Shown one piece after another: positions 22,897 to 35,398 of a stretch of DNA of 64,000 bases. The translations under genes and the position numbers were made by a program. The stretch is from contig JBNGIO010005900.1 in assembly GCA_049999805.1 (NCBI GenBank), forward strand, positions 1 through 64,000, given 5' to 3'. A model generated the notes under the pieces. That model worked only from the letters and a program-made list of their open reading frames with translations, searched no databases and had not been told where the DNA came from. Origin of the DNA: Folioceros fuciformis. Its lineage: Eukaryota. Within the stretch, counting starts at the first letter, position 1, and every line of letters starts with the position of its first letter.

Positions 22897-25791
22897 TTAA
22901 GGTCGACCCATGCAACTGCAACAACCAGCTGCAAATCGGTGCACACGGTGTCCATCCCGCACAACAATGTCTCTCTTTTCAAGCCTGGACATGATCTCTG
23001 TGGAACTGTGGCAGTCACCGCACATGCGGAGATTCTTCGTTACCACCAGAGGTGTGCCACTTGGAGTGTTCAAAAGACCAAACGCCAAAGCTAGCTTCTC
23101 AGCATGCCCGCACAGATCATCTTCCTTTTCCTTCTCAGATAGTGGCTTTAGCACCAACTGTGTGTGTGGCACGTGGCCCCCTTCCTGCTTCAGACGTGCG
23201 TTCACGCTCTCCACCTTGAGAGCAAGGTCATCTCTGTTTTCACCCACCACAAATGTGTGCACCTGCTGGTTCACTTCAATGCCTGCCACTGCAGGTTTCT
23301 TGTTAGCTCCTGCTGCCATTCTCTGTGCTTCAATCCTGTCTACGTGGGTCCACATTCCTGCATTGGCGTAGGCATTGGCCATGAGTACATAAGCGGATGC
23401 ACCTTGAGGCTCCAATCTAACAAGACTCTTGAAACAACGCTTTGCCATCTCGATGTTTCCGTAACATTTGCATGCATTCAGCAAAGATGTCAACCCAACA
23501 ACATTGCATTGACTCTCACATGATAACAGCATCCTCTCTGCATCGTCTAAATGGCCAGCACGCCCAAGAAGATCCACCATGCAATTGTAATGCTCCACTG
23601 TGGGTTTGATGTGATGCTGTTCAACCATGGAATCGAAGTACTTACGCCCCTCGGTAACCAGTCCCTCGTGACTGCATGCCACTAAAAGGCAAGAAAAAGT
23701 AGCCTCATCAGGCTGGATCCCGGCAGCTAACATCTCCTCAAACCGAGCTAGTGCCTTCTGACCTTCGTTGCAAGAACCACACCCAGCTATCAGCGCATTC
23801 CATGTGACCACATTCTTTGTGGCCAGGCTGTCGAAAACACAGCATGCCTCACCCAGTTCACCACACTTTGCATACATGTCCACCAGGCAAGTGCCCACGA
23901 CAACGTTATCCAGCTGTCCTCTCTCTACAATCTGTGAGTGCAGCTGCCTACCCTTCTGTAAGGCGCCAGCGCTTCCACAGGCCTTCAGAAGGCACGCAAG
24001 AGTAACATGGTTACCCAAAACCAGGCCCTCTTGCTCCATTTGTCCATGCAGAACAAGCGCCTTGTGGCCGAGCCCATGATTTGCATACCCAGCTATGAGG
24101 GCCGTCCATGTCACCACATCTTTCGTGCCCAGGCTATCAAAAACCCTGCGTGCATCTTCCAGTTCGCCACATTTCGCATACATGTCTACGAGGCAGTTGC
24201 CCACCAATGTGTTCTTTAATAGTCCTCTTTCCACTATCTGAGAATGCAGCTGTCTACCCTTCTGTAAGTCACAAGTGCTTGCACACGCACTCAGAAGGGA
24301 AGCAAATGTAACATGGTCAGGCACAACCAGGCGTTCCTGCTCCATTTTTCCATACAGATCGAGCGCCTCTTGGCTGAGCCCTTTCTGAGCATACCCAGCA
24401 ATCAGGATATTCCATGTCACTACATCCTTTGTAGCTAAGCTGTCAAAAACATGACGGGAATCTTGAAGTTCTCCACACTTTGCATACATGTCCACCAGGC
24501 CGTTGCCCACAAGTATGTTACCTAGCTGTCCTCTTTTCCAAATATGAGAATGCAGCTCCCTGCCTTCCTGTAAGGCACCGGCACTTGCACAGGCCTTCAG
24601 GAGGCAAGCGAAAGTAACATGGTTTCCCACAATCAGGCCCTCCTGCTCAATTTGTCCATACAGACTAAGAGCGTCTGTGGCGAGCCCATGATTTGCATAC
24701 CCAGCTATAAGGGCATTCAAGGTCACCACATCCTTTGTGGGCAGGCTGTCAAAAACCCTGCGTGCAGTGCCCAGGTCTCCACATTTTGCGTACATGTCCA
24801 CCAGGGAGTTGGCTACAAACAAGCTAGGAGGAATGCCACTGCGCAACACATCCCCGTGAATCTCTCTGCCAGATTCCACTTCCGCAGCAAGTGCACAAGC
24901 TTGAAGGGCTGCAACGAAGACGTGAGCATCTGCTTTCACACCTGAGCCACGCATCTCACGGTATAGTTGTATGGCCTGCATAGGCTTCCCATGTTTGGCA
25001 TGTGCGGATATTATCGAGACCCACATGAAAACATCGGGTTTGCCCACCCTGGTGAACACATCCATGGCCTCCTCTAGCCTACCGCCACCTGCATACACGC
25101 GTAAGATATGGTTCCCCAAGAACGTATCTTCCTCATACCCAAGTTTGATGGCGAGATCATGAACTCGTCGACCCACACCCATATCCTTCTTAGCTGCACA
25201 CAGCTTTAGCACAGCATAAAGCAGGGACTGAGAAATAGGACAGCCCGTCTGCGCCAGAGACTCCATAGCTCCAACAGCCTCAGTAAGCTTTCCCTGATCA
25301 CATAACGTACTCACGGTGATGGCAGTTACAACCCCCATTTCCCACCCTGCACTACCAGGCTCATGCTTATCCGGCGAGCTCGCCTCGACATGACCCATCT
25401 GCATATCCAAAGACACGAGCTGCTCATCCACCCAAGGTGGTTTGGACATGCTGTTTAACCAGAGGACCTCGCCGGACCCCTTTCGCCGGAAGTCAGGCGT
25501 TCGAGAGTTTTTCTTGCCTCGCCTGTTATCCCACCACATGGCTGGGTCTAGAAACAATTGTCGCCACAAGAGCTCCTGCTCCTGCTGGCAACCTGGACCA
25601 TCGTTGGAAAATACTTCCCCAGCCATAAACCTGCTCGGAAGTGCTGGGCTCCCTACACTACTGCACCTGTCTTGGCTCTTTGCATGCGGTTGACTCCCTA
25701 AGGTGAGGTGAGAAGAACCTCCTGGTCGAATTCCTGTACAGCCACCAACATGCTGGGTCCACAGACCTTCCGGTTGCCACACGGTTGCCAT
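22897..25791 (-). CDS. PLS-class PPR protein with E1/E2 and DYW:KP deaminase-like domain ending in GRP (candidate organellar U-to-C RNA editing factor), with an N-terminal OSB-type PDF motif; intronless CDS
   Basis: P-L-S triplets; KKPAVAGIEV in place of the PG box; GHAEKLALAFGL; KNLRMCGDCH; HRFAAGCCSCMGRP*. N-terminal LWRQLFLDPAMWWDNRRGKKNSRTPDFRRKGSGEVLWL. Start placed at the first ATG (MATVWQ), which follows an acceptor-like ttttttcaag. Confidence 0.93.
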   Translation of the reverse strand: MATVWQPEGLWTQHVGGCTGIRPGGSSHLTLGSQPHAKSQDRCSSVGSPALPSRFMAGEVFSNDGPGCQQEQELLWRQLFLDPAMWWDNRRGKKNSRTPDFRRKGSGEVLWLNSMSKPPWVDEQLVSLDMQMGHVEASSPDKHEPGSAGWEMGVVTAITVSTLCDQGKLTEAVGAMESLAQTGCPISQSLLYAVLKLCAAKKDMGVGRRVHDLAIKLGYEEDTFLGNHILRVYAGGGRLEEAMDVFTRVGKPDVFMWVSIISAHAKHGKPMQAIQLYREMRGSGVKADAHVFVAALQACALAAEVESGREIHGDVLRSGIPPSLFVANSLVDMYAKCGDLGTARRVFDSLPTKDVVTLNALIAGYANHGLATDALSLYGQIEQEGLIVGNHVTFACLLKACASAGALQEGRELHSHIWKRGQLGNILVGNGLVDMYAKCGELQDSRHVFDSLATKDVVTWNILIAGYAQKGLSQEALDLYGKMEQERLVVPDHVTFASLLSACASTCDLQKGRQLHSQIVERGLLKNTLVGNCLVDMYAKCGELEDARRVFDSLGTKDVVTWTALIAGYANHGLGHKALVLHGQMEQEGLVLGNHVTLACLLKACGSAGALQKGRQLHSQIVERGQLDNVVVGTCLVDMYAKCGELGEACCVFDSLATKNVVTWNALIAGCGSCNEGQKALARFEEMLAAGIQPDEATFSCLLVACSHEGLVTEGRKYFDSMVEQHHIKPTVEHYNCMVDLLGRAGHLDDAERMLLSCESQCNVVGLTSLLNACKCYGNIEMAKRCFKSLVRLEPQGASAYVLMANAYANAGMWTHVDRIEAQRMAAGANKKPAVAGIEVNQQVHTFVVGENRDDLALKVESVNARLKQEGGHVPHTQLVLKPLSEKEKEDDLCGHAEKLALAFGLLNTPSGTPLVVTKNLRMCGDCHSSTEIMSRLEKRDIVVRDGHRVHRFAAGCCSCMGRP

Positions 25792-26853
25792 CTTCAGGCA
25801 CGGTTCTTGAAAAAAGAGACACACAATAAACTATGCAGGCCGTGGCCGCAAGGCCACGAACATACCGTGCATCATCACACCACCCTTCGCAAGGGCATTG
25901 CACATTCTTCGTTTGGCTGAAGCCTCTGAAGCATCTAATTCGCAAGACCAGAAGCCACCTTTACTCAGAAGGTTTTCACACGGGAAGGAAAAAAGGAGAC
26001 GGGTGACCCCATCTGATTAAGGACATCAGACGGAGAAGGGCATCAAAAAAGGCATGGCCATCCAAGGCAGATGCACATGAAACGGAGACACCCCAAGGCC
26101 TAAGGTCGTAGTAAAGAAGAGCAATTACGCTCGTCTAAAATCACCTACTACACTCACCATATCGTTAACGAGGAAGATTGAATGGCCTAATCTTTGTCCG
26201 GCAGTCCGTGCTCTGCATAAGACCGCTATTTTACGGGCTATGGCGGCTGATTCCGTGCTGGCAGGCGTCTCGAGACTCCTGGGGTTCGGCTGACGATGTG
26301 AATTCCGTGGTCGGTGGTGAAGCCAAGCAGCCACCAAAACTGCTGCATGACCATGATGAAGTCATCCGTTACACCGGTTACTTATACACATAAATGCGAA
26401 GCCTCATACAATACTGACCGCCATCTTCCGGTTTCCCAGTCACACATGCATGTATGCCCATCATGTGGCATCCATACCAAGTTGCGGATGCATGAGCATC
26501 CGGGACCGAGCTTTTGCGATCCATGAACAGATGGCTCTCACAAGGGATGGGTCTGACATCCGTGGATGGGGAGCTGGCCATGATGGTTTGGTCGATTATG
26601 CCATGGCCGGAGACCGGGAACCGGACGGGCCGGTGGCTCTCGCACGCCTCGCATTTACTGTGTGATCAAACCTCGTTCGTTGGTTTGTTACAGCCGTTTG
26701 CGATGCTTGGTGTAGCATGGCTTGGAGTAGCATTTAGCCTGCTGGTGTGTGTGCGCATGTTGTTGCTTTCGCTGATCAGTTCTCAAAGCTTGGCGAGGAG
26801 TAAGCTTAGCAAGGAGTTGTTCCTGGACGTTTCTTCAATTTTGGGTGTAAGGT

Positions 26854-29800
26854 ATGGCTACCATGGTGACCACTCGCAAAGTGTTCGTGGAGGAGCTGAG
26901 AAGAGTGAAGTTCAGCATCGGAGCTTGTGAACGAAATCCCCTGGCAGAAGACTACAACGAGGCCATAAAACAGCTCTCTGTGGCTTTGTATCAAAAGGAT
27001 ATCCACTTCATATCGGAGTTGATACAGGTACAACGATCGGCCACTTGGCATCACAATTCCATGTTGAGTTCCTCTCAGGGTAGATGACGGGAGGCTTTAT
27101 ATGATGTGTGCAGAATGCGGAAGATAATGCTTATCCCGCTCAATCAAAGCCGGCATTGGAGCTGGTTCTAACCAAGACCGATGTCACTGGGCTTGGTGCT
27201 TCAGCTACATTGTGCCTGTTCAACAATGAAAAGGGTTTTGAGGAATCCAACATCAAGGCCATTTGTGGCGTTGGAGCGTCCACGAAGAAGGGCAAAAGAA
27301 AAAGTGGTTACATTGGAGAAAAGGGTGATGCCTCTGCAGTTCGCAGCTTACGACGTGCATCATAAGTCTATTTGTTGACGGTCCTGTGTGTCTCCTGCTC
27401 CTCAAGCCTAGACCGCCTGAACCCTGATTCAGTCCCGCCCGTGCTGTGCTTCCTGCAAGTATAGGATTCAAGAGCGTCTTTCTTGTGACGCAAACCCTAC
27501 ATATCATCAGTAATGGATACCGCATCCGTTTTGACGAGCGTCCCCACCCAGAAGCCGGTGTAGGCTATGTGGTGCCAGAATGGACCCCAACTCCTACGAA
27601 CTCGGACCTCAGAAACGTGTACCATGGTGGTGTTGTCTTACCCACCACGGTTTTGGTGTTGCCATTGAAGGACACCAAAGTGCAGGCTGTGCAGTTACAG
27701 CTGCAACAGATATCCCCGGAGACAATCCTCTTTATTAAGCACCTGAGCAAAATAAGCATCAGGAATGAGTTTGATGCGACTCGAGGACAAGATGAATTCA
27801 TGATCACCCGGCAGGACGGGCCCATCTGGGTCTCCCATGGTCTGCCATTGCAGACAATAACCGCCGCGCTGTCTGTGCAGAAAGGCAGCCAAGTCGTAAA
27901 GTCTGGGAAGTATTTTCTCTACCGGGAATCATTTCCTGTCGAAAAGCAGGCTGTAGTGGAAAGCAGAAGAGGGGTTGATTCATGGACGGTGACTCTGGCC
28001 TTCCCTTGCCTGCATCGCATTGTTGTGGAAGGTTTGGCTCAATCTGGAGATGTGTTTGCTTTCTTACCCACTGAGCTGAGATCCAAATTGCCCTTCCTAG
28101 TAAATGCGGATTTTCTGCTTGTGGATTCCCGGGAGACCATGCTCTTCGACAGTCCATGGAATCAGGGAATCTTAGGCTGCATTCCGAGAGCTTTCGTCAG
28201 GGCTTTCGATATCCTGTTGCAAAAAAATACGCTTCATCGAGACGCAGTGCCTCCCTTGGAAGTGGAGGATGCATATAGTTTCGTTCCTGTTCAAGCGTCC
28301 CCTGTTCCTGCACTGGAGACTGCCAGATCATCCATCGTGCGAGAACTTCGCGATGGGGAATTCGTCTTATGCTCGCAGTATGCTGGTTCTAGCGGCGGGC
28401 AACTGTTCTGCAAAGGTTCCGCTGCTCGAATGATACATCAGGATTTCCGTAGCATTTTGGAGCTCTCAGACGAAGAGAGTTTATCCGGGTTTTTTATCAC
28501 GGGGAAGTAGGACCTTGTTCATTGTGAATGAGTCTGTGCAAGACAAGTATGCGGCTGCTTTGATCGACATGAGTGTGACGCACATGTCGCACTACGAGTA
28601 TGCTTTGTGCATTTCCTCTCCAGGTTGGCTGGAGAAGCTCAGCACCAGCCTCTACCTTGACGTTTTGGGTTACATTGCTGATCACCTGGGTTCTTGTACA
28701 TCACCCACTGGAGCGTTGTATAAGATTCCCCTGCTCCGTTGTCAACAGAAACCAGGAGACACAGTTCAACTAGTATCCTTGGACGAACAGAATATGACAA
28801 GAACAGGAACTCAGAGGAAGATTTTCAGATCGGATACACGCGTTGAAAGCTTGTTGAGCAAGTGGACCGATTGTTTTGCTTTGTGGACAAGACTTTACTT
28901 CTTGCCCGCAGACGTGGTGCATGCTCTAAGCGATCGCAGATACGAGAATATAAACTGCTGGTTCCGCAGCACAGCAAACTTGAGAGAGCTTACGGTTTCC
29001 CAGTTTGCTCAGCAGCTAATAGCGTCAGCGAAACAAAATTGCAGCCCACATCTGGTGCTGCTCTTGACCGGTCTCCTGTGTTATTGTATTGCAGCTGGCC
29101 AGCTTTCCGCCCAAGAAGTGATGTCATGTGCAGAGGGTACGCTACCCGCGGTTGACAGGCATGGACTTGTCAAGCTAGTGAGTAGCTCACAAGTCGTTGC
29201 TCAGCCTCATCTAGGTAGCAAGTGGCCTGAGCTTATAGTGGATGATTCGTGGAGTTCTCACATGCTGGTGCTATCGGATGACGCTTCAATCCTGACAAGA
29301 CAAATGTATCTTCCTCTGAATCCATGAAGCAGTTCCTGCAAAGCATGCTTCATGCTGAAGATCTTCCGCAATTGCCGATAGCTAATTTACGACTGCCAGA
29401 TATATCCAGAACATTGGTGGAGAGGAGCTCTGCCTGCCTTTTGTTTGAATGGATAGGTACTCATACATACAGAAGCTTGCCCAACGCGTTTCTCGCAAGT
29501 ATCCAATCTTGGCCATGGGTGAAGACAGTTTATCATGGACGTAGATGTGCAACTTTCTGCATTTTGAATGGCGGGCAAGACGACATGCTTTTGAGTTCTG
29601 ATGTTCCAATGGTGAGTTGTGCTGAATACGGGACTGAGCTATCAATGTTTCGTAAATCTCTTGAAGCAATTGGGATAGCAGTGGGAAATGCAGAGAAAGC
29701 CAGAGTGATAGTCAAATATTTAAAGAAACTCCCCCATTCTTCTGAATATGTACTCGATCTGGGTGTCGCTACCAGGTTATACACTTGTCTGCGAATGTGG

Positions 29801-30928
29801 AAATGGAATCCGGCGTCAAAGGATGATGCCCTACAAATGATATGGGTTCCCCCTGGAAGGTGGATAGCGGTGCAGAGTTGCACAATCGCTGACCCCAGCC
29901 GCTTGTTTACAAAGTTTGTGTCAGTTCTTGGTGAAATCTACACAGATGCAGAGCTCCTTACCTTCTTTCAAACGGTTCTACGTGTCCCCAAAGTGCCGAC
30001 GGTGCAGCGTCACTGCGAGCTCTGGCTTACGATTTCTCAAACCCGCGATAACATAACCGGCAGTCATGTTGAGACTGTGTGGCGTGCAATCACCGACTCC
30101 TGGGATAGATGCGAGTCAGGGGTCCGTGAGACTTTCCTGCAAAGTGCTCGAGTTCCCTTTGTATACGCTGGAAAGATTGCAGGACCTTACTTGGACCTTG
30201 CGCCTGAGGGTGAAGCTTTCTTGCCAGATAGCTTGGAACTAGTTCATGCTTTTTCGAAGGGGGAAAATGAGCGTCCAAAGGTAGTCTGGATTCCCAGATG
30301 TTCAGCAACTCTGAACAGGGGCAATCTGTACCAGCTCTACTCCAGGATGGGTGTGCGCAGCCTGCGCGACAGTGTTAAATCAAAGATCTCTTCCCCGCTA
30401 ACAGGTGGTCCATTGCGAAACAGGGTTACCAAAGGGCAGGTCCTGGTGACCAAGAGTCTTACTTCAGGAGTTCTAGCATTTTTGTCCCAGGCAGAGCTTC
30501 AACTCAATGTATCTAGGAGGCATCAGATGTTGACGTCTTTGGTTGAAGTACAAGAGTACGAGATGAAGTCCCCCCATCATCTTGAGCATGTACTACAGTG
30601 TGGGACAAAGAAGAGTAATACGGCTTCCCAAGACAATATGGTTCACTGGAACGGTTCAGCAGAGCTTTGCTACCTGAATCAGAAGAAGGTGAAGAATCTG
30701 AACCTGCCAGATCATCTCCTATACGCAAGCCAACTTGTGAAGGCGTTGGCTTATGGTGTAGCTGGGGAATGTCCTCATGTGGCACAGGAATTACAAGAAT
30801 TTCTCCTAATCTTGTACCACAGTGGCAAATTTCAACAGGATGCTGTGGACTATTGGCTTCGCCATAAGAACATAGAGATCTTCCAAGAAGATGAGGCCTT
30901 CTTGCTAGAAATCTCCAAACAACTCTGA
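26854..30928 (+). pseudogene. Sacsin/NO VEIN-like GHKL-ATPase (ATP/DNA-binding) gene with two frameshifts (pseudogene or assembly errors)
   Basis: LYQKDIHFISELIQ|NAEDNAY, FNNEKGF, ICGVGASTKKG...YIGEKG|IGFKSVF, VFAFLP...LPFLVNADFLL. The frame changes at a T6 run (~28490) and again at ~29282, with no intron signals at either site. Confidence 0.8.
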
Positions 30929-32114
30929 CGGACATTACGAAGTGGTTGCTTACAGGGACCAAGTCCCTTCGAGAAATTGTCCATTTTGAGCATGGATAGT
31001 GATCTTAAAGCTCCTGGCAGAGTGCCCCTCCCACATGCTCTATCAATAACATATTCTACCATAATTAAGCTGCTTGCCGAAGAGATGTGACAGAGCGCGG
31101 GTCTTGCAACTCAACAACGTGACTTTTCTTCGCAGCATCCTGGCACCTACGCTTCTATACAAGTTTAGACGACAAGAGAAATTTCAGAGCACTACACCAA
31201 CACAAACCACGGATTGTGATCTTCGAGAAAATTCCGACTGCATTTTTCCAGACTCAAATCCATGCAGGTTGCCATGCAGTATGAGCGCGTCATGCAGTCG
31301 AACACAGCCGTTCTCGGGTGTGATATGCGCTTCATCATTCTGTAACCGAGCCCTTAACGATGAACAAATTTCACAGGTTTCCAAGCATGATTTCTGGGCC
31401 AATGCTTTCGTGTCGCGTCTACTTTAGCAATTGGTGGACTTTTTAGTAAGAAAACTGTGTCCTTCCGATCTGCGTTAATAGGTCTTCTCGATCTGCCAGA
31501 ATTCACAAACGCGATTAATTGCCTGGTTGCCGTCCCAGTTTTGTGAGCAAGGCTCGTGCAGCACTGCAGGTAACGAGTTCACTGTATCGAGGTAGACAGA
31601 CAATGGCGTATGCTGTTCATGCGCGAACAATTTGTTGCAATTCGTAGGAAAGTGCTGTGATTGTTTGCCTACCCTCAAAGGTGCAATCATGTGTAAACCA
31701 TTTATAATTATGCAGCGCCCGACCAATTAAAGATGTTTGAGAGACAAAAGACTGAGGATGCGTTTCTTCCGCCAGCTGATGAAAGTCGCTGTCCTGTTGC
31801 TGTTGCATGTTGTTGCAGGACTGCAGGCCAGTAGTTCGCCCTCTCTTCGTTCGGGGTTCACCTGTAGTCTGCCATTCAGGTGGTCTCCTGGGATGGTACA
31901 CAGCTCCAGCATGCAGAGTGTCTAACATACAGATTGGCGGGGCAGATAGCGTTCTGTATGTTGTCTAAGCTTCTGTTCCTAGGAGTGAAGGGAACCTCTT
32001 GTCCGTTGTACGGTTTGCTGGCATTCGCGACGTTACCATCTCATTGAAGGTGCTTGTGGATGTACTCATTGTTGCTGCTTGGGAAACTTGTGCGACCGGC
32101 TGTTGTGGGAGCTT

Positions 32115-35100
32115 ATGATGGGGGAAACTCGTGAGGGAGAGAGTGATCTTCAGCAACAGAAACCGACTGCACCTGCATCGAGTGAAAAGGCCACCGTGGA
32201 GGAAGTTGTCTCAAAATCTGAACCAGCACTTGCACAACCGGCAAGCAGTTCCCATGGGGATGGGCCCAAGAAGTTCACCTTCAGACCGTCTCTTCCTGCT
32301 CATAGGAAATCTAGGGAGAGTCCGCTCAGTTCCGATGCAATTTTTAAACAGGTCCCAGCTTTTCTTTGGTTGCTGCAACTGGACCCTTGTCTGCAATTTC
32401 GTACCCTGCTCGACTATAATCAGGTTTTTTTCTTTAAATCTGATTCATGGCAAGGCTTCAGAGCCATGCAGGTCTGTTCAATCTATGTGTAGTCATCCTT
32501 GTGGCTGTAAATTCCCGGCTTATCATTGAAAACGTGATGAAGGTATGTCCTCGGCTCCTTAGGCATTGTAGTAAGTGCCTCAGCTCTTAAGTGTAACTGT
32601 CGATGTTAAACTCGTTCGTGTCAGTTGCAACATTCTTGTTATCGTGGTGGATTGAGATATTTGGATGCGCTCCTCTTGCAGTATGGGATCCTCATCCAGT
32701 CTGGTTTCTGGTTCAGCTCCAAGTCTCTGAGGGATTGGCCCCTTTTCATGTGTGGGTACAGCACGAACTCTAAACTTCTGATCTCTCGTGACTCATGGGC
32801 ATAATCTGTTGGTAGATCTGTTTTAACAAGACAGGCGTGATCTTGTACAGTTTAAGCCTTGCCATCTTTCCGTTTTGTGCCTTGGTGGTGGAAAAGCTGA
32901 AGGCTCGGTATCCGTTTATTCCAGAGCAGGTACCTCAACCATGAGACTTAGGTTCGTCATCAATCCGCCACGTGACTTACTTCTGACCAACGTACTGCAG
33001 ATCATTGCCCTGGCCCATGCAGTCATAACATCCACCTCCATTGTGTACCCATCATATGTGATTTTCAGGTATGTTTGGTGGTTACCTGCTCATGACTGTG
33101 CACAAGGATTTTTCTGGATATGGTATCAGCTCCAACAAATGACGCTGCTTTGATGGCAGGGTTCAATCGGCTCTTCTGTTTTGTTTCATGCTCATCCTCC
33201 TTGCAGTAACCACATGGATGAAGCTAGTTTCCTATGCACATACAAACTTTGATGTTCGAGCTCTGAAGTCTGAAGGGCTAAAGGTAGTTCGTTATCCTGG
33301 TCTCTCTACGGAAGACCGCTTACCTGTCTCTTAGTTTTATTATGTTGTCATCGTTGGTTCACCTCATCTTCTGGGGTAAACATAACTCAGTATTTTGCTC
33401 AAGGTCATACTTGTTCTGGTATGTATCAGAGTGTTAATGTGTGCTTCGGTTCCTTGCTGACTGTGCAAGCAGCCAGATCTTCCTGCTGATCTGCCTCAAG
33501 TTGAGTATCCGAACAATCTCTCACTGGAAAACATATGCTACTTCATGGTTGCGCCAACATTGTCATACCAGGTTCGCAAAGCTGGCAGCCTTTCTGGTAG
33601 CTTGAAGATACTGTTGTGCCTAATGTGTCTGGTTAATCCTGCTTTCCTTTTCGTGGGATTAACAAGGCTGAGATGTGTTTCAGCTCAGCTATCCAAAATC
33701 AGATGAGATCCGTCCAGGCTGGATACTCCGCCAAACTGTGAAGCTTTTAGTCTTCTTGGGTCTAACTGGGTTCATTGTGGAGCAGGTAGGCTTCCTCACA
33801 CAGTCTTTCCAAGGACGACTCCAATCTCGTTTGTCTGTATTGCTCTTCTGTGCAGCAGCTTTGCTCTTTCAGTGGCCCGTAGGAACCTTGCATTTGTGAG
33901 GAGGAGCTAAATTCGTGCTGTTTTTCAGTATGTCAATCCAACTGTGAAGAATTCACAGCACCCTTTGAAGGGCAACTATCTAAATGCGATAGAGAGGATA
34001 CTGAAACTATCCATCCCGACCCTCTATGTTTGGCTCTGCATGTTCTACTGTCTCTTCCATCTCTGGTAACGTGAGGCAGCCACATCCAAAGTAGCTGTAT
34101 GTCAAACCTTTCATGCAAAATTTCCTTGGTTGTTAAGATGAGACTCTGCCTTAACTGTTTGCAGGTTGAACATACTAGCAGAGATCACGAGGTTTGGAGA
34201 TCGAGAATTTTACCAAGATTGGTGGAATGCAAAGTCTGTGGAAGAGGTAAGTACTGGTTGATATTATCACCAGAAGCAGACATGGAGGATATCTTGATAC
34301 TAGAGCATCATCTTCACTGCTTCTAAAGACAAGCAATTTGCCCACACCTTTTCTTGTGTTTTCTTGTGAGTTGTGCGCTGAGTGTGTTGCCTCTGTGGTC
34401 TCTTAAATGTTGCGGCCAACAATTCACAGTACTGGCGAATGTGGAATATGGTGAGAGACACTTTCCACCAGCAGCTGTGAATCATCCCTTGCTGCATTTC
34501 AAACCCTCAATTGCAGTAGCTGGCAGAGCTTGGTCTTCACATCACTAACATAATCCGCTACTATCTGCTGGGTGCAGCCAGTACATAGGTGGTTGGTTCG
34601 TCACATTTACTTTCCTTGCCTTCGATTGGGGATTCCTCAGGTATCTAGATGTCCTCCATGCCAAATGCACCTGATTTCATTTTCCTAGCCGAGAACAGGG
34701 CTATGCATTTACGGTTCCCCAAATTCGTACAAAGTATTCCTGCCGTCAAACATGTAGCCAGCTGTTGGTTCTTAGAATTGTGTGACCAAGAATTTGAATT
34801 GAAGACTATCTTAATGCAGGGACTCGCAACAGTTATCGTATTTGCCGTCTCAGGCGTGTTCCATGAGGTAGGTCTCTCCTCCTTGCATTCAAGAGAATCG
34901 CTAACTGTATTGTTCCAGCTTAGCCAACCTTTACATCTGACTGGAACATACTCTGCACTGTTGCAGCTTTGTGTTGGAGTCCCTTGCCACATGGTGCGAG
35001 GATGGGCTTTTCTTGGAATCTTGCTGCAGGTAAGTTTATGTTTCATTCAATCACGCTGTCTGCCTAGCCTTACCTCCCTCAGCTTCCGATTAAGGGTCAA

Positions 35101-35398
35101 CTTACAACTGTTCTCGTGATGCAGGTGCCTCTGATTGTGCTCACCAAATTCTTGCAAAAGAGATTTGCAAATGCGATGGTAAGGAAGCACGCCCTTCCCT
35201 TTCGTGCATGATTTCGTGATCTGAAGTGCCTCGTCCTCTGCGCGTCACCTTCGACATGTTTGATTGCAGCTCGGGAACATGGTGTTCTGGTTCTTGTTTT
35301 GCATAGTCGGGCAGCCTATGTGCCTCCTTTTGTACTACCACGATTTCGTCAACCAGCAGCATGCTCAGAGCGCGACGGCAGTTTTGAGAAGACTGTAG
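32115..35398 (+). CDS. DGAT1: Diacylglycerol O-acyltransferase 1 (MBOAT); about 16 exons
   Basis: [121 protein letters not shown]. Confidence 0.96.
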
